A DNA stretch of 63,931 bases, filler included, from Dirinaria sp. TL-2023a (taxonomy: Eukaryota): the NCBI GenBank assembly GCA_051941275.1. It is 57 parts of 57 records of this genome, joined end to end, with 100 filler letters (N's around TTAATTAATTAA, not from the genome) between each part and the next. Parts side by side here need not be neighbours in the genome. Positions count along the whole stretch, not along the records: positions 62,928 to 63,931 come from JAVEBF010003104.1; 56 more parts are not named here. One strand, written 5' to 3'. Every line of letters begins with the position of its first letter. The first letter of the stretch is position 1. Below are positions 62,828 to 63,931 of this stretch, in pieces. The translations under genes and the position numbers were made by a program. The notes beneath the pieces were generated by a model. It was not told the origin of the DNA and did no database searches. It saw only the letters and a list, made by a program, of their open reading frames with translations.

Positions 62828-63085
62828 NNNNNNNNNNNNNNNNNNNNNNNNNNNNNNNNNNNNNNNNNNNNTTAATTAATTAANNNNNNNNNNNNNNNNN
62901 NNNNNNNNNNNNNNNNNNNNNNNNNNNTTCCTGATTCTCTTACGGTGACGTATCCTAGCTGATCCGTCCAAACTTCACTTCGCTTCACTTCACCTCACTC
63001 AATCTTGGAAATACAGATACGTGAATTCTAAATGACTCAACGCATGTTCTATCTCTACGCACGAATCGATCTGATGATGGCAGTT

Positions 63086-63910
63086 CTAGGACTGGTAAGC
63101 TAAAATCAATCCCTCGTACGCCCTTAGGTCAAGTTCCTCGCCTGTTCTGTAATGACCTCCCCCACATCGACTTCCCTTCTTCTCTCTCGAACGTTGCATT
63201 ACTGTATAGTCCACACGTTGTCCATCAGCGCTGGTTGGTAGCCTGAATGAGACATCATTCTGCTTGGTCAAGTTTAACACAGTGAGCATGTTGTCTGCTG
63301 CTCTTCCCTCGTTAGCTATCGCTGTACGATGGTATGCGAATACTGTTCCATTATCCAACGACACAGGCTCAAAGTCTCCGAACACTAGCGTTTCTGGATG
63401 TGCTCGCCGAAATGAGAGCATCCGCTTCCAGAAGTTCAGGACTGAATCTGAGACCCTTTCCTGATCGGCCACATTGCAGACAGCCGTGTCAGTGTTCATG
63501 CGTGTCCATGGTTGTGTGCCGTCTCTGGCATCTGAGAAGCCAGCATGAGGCTTCGCAGAATCCCACGGCATGGGCATACGGCCGTGATCCCGAGCCTTGA
63601 GCCGTACTTGGTCTGCTACTTCTTGCACAATCTCGCCCATCTCGATCGCTCTCCCCGGCTCTGCTGCTTGACGAAGTCGATGCATGTCTCCCAAGAAGGC
63701 TTTGGTTTCGATGTCCATGTATTCATCGATTGGAATGTCTTTGGCAAGGTTGGCCATGCCTATCTCCTGGCCTTGATGCAGAAATAACGTCCCGCCTAAC
63801 GTAGTTTGCAATATAGCGAGTAGCTTGGCGACTTCAAATCTTGTGGTTGTACTTCCATCTCCAAATCTACTGACTGATCGTGCGGCATCGTGTGATTCTA
63901 GGAAGACGGT
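63086..63910 (-). CDS. GH13 alpha-glucosidase/maltase, C-terminal part
   Basis: FLESHDAARSVSRFG, GTLFLHQGQEIGMAN, KARDHGRMPMPW and SVLNFWKRML motifs. Confidence 0.95.
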   Translation of the reverse strand, partial: TVFLESHDAARSVSRFGDGSTTTRFEVAKLLAILQTTLGGTLFLHQGQEIGMANLAKDIPIDEYMDIETKAFLGDMHRLRQAAEPGRAIEMGEIVQEVADQVRLKARDHGRMPMPWDSAKPHAGFSDARDGTQPWTRMNTDTAVCNVADQERVSDSVLNFWKRMLSFRRAHPETLVFGDFEPVSLDNGTVFAYHRTAIANEGRAADNMLTVLNLTKQNDVSFRLPTSADGQRVDYTVMQRSREKKGSRCGGGHYRTGEELDLRAYEGLILAYQS

Positions 63911-63931
63911 CTAGAATCTTGCTATCAGCTC

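Noticed and set aside
1044..62927. Regularly spaced TTAATTAATTAA repeats suggesting a CRISPR-like or periodic array
   Set aside because: Each copy is embedded in N runs; this is a synthetic six-frame-stop linker
9902..63910. GH76, GH26, GH13, sugar porter, P450 and NRPS-like genes as a metabolic cluster
   Set aside because: They sit on separate contigs ordered only by length

Overview
This window is not contiguous DNA. It is 57 unrelated ~1.0 kb contigs sorted by decreasing length (1043 to ~1004 bp) and joined by an artificial 100-bp linker (N44-TTAATTAATTAA-N44), so gene neighbourhood across linkers has no meaning. The source is a filamentous ascomycete (GT..CTAAC..AG introns, fungal gene families). 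Long homopolymer runs are compatible with a lichen-type or metagenomic assembly, but that is only an inference. About half the contigs are fragments of ordinary genes: MFS sugar porter, GH76, IDCase-like amidohydrolase, CLPTM1, P450, ankyrin, GFA, NLR N-terminus, NRPS-like, 2-hydroxyacid dehydrogenase, GH26, aspartic protease, GH13. The rest are decayed transposons: Ty3/Gypsy chromoviruses, Tad1-like LINEs, an Ngaro/DIRS tyrosine-recombinase element and many nested solo LTRs. Highlights: (1) a ~0.5 kb non-coding LTR element (TRIM) in five copies, whose primer-binding site is complementary to its own LTR (Tf1-type self-priming) and which carries split tRNA-like A/B-box motifs and conserved hairpins; (2) a RIP-like hypermutation dominated by CC>TC / GG>GA that spares CpG, unlike canonical CpA RIP, and that has also hit an NLR gene; (3) an Ngaro-like element with split direct repeats; (4) a ~130-bp two-variant tandem array. 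All family calls come from motif recognition by eye, not database searches.
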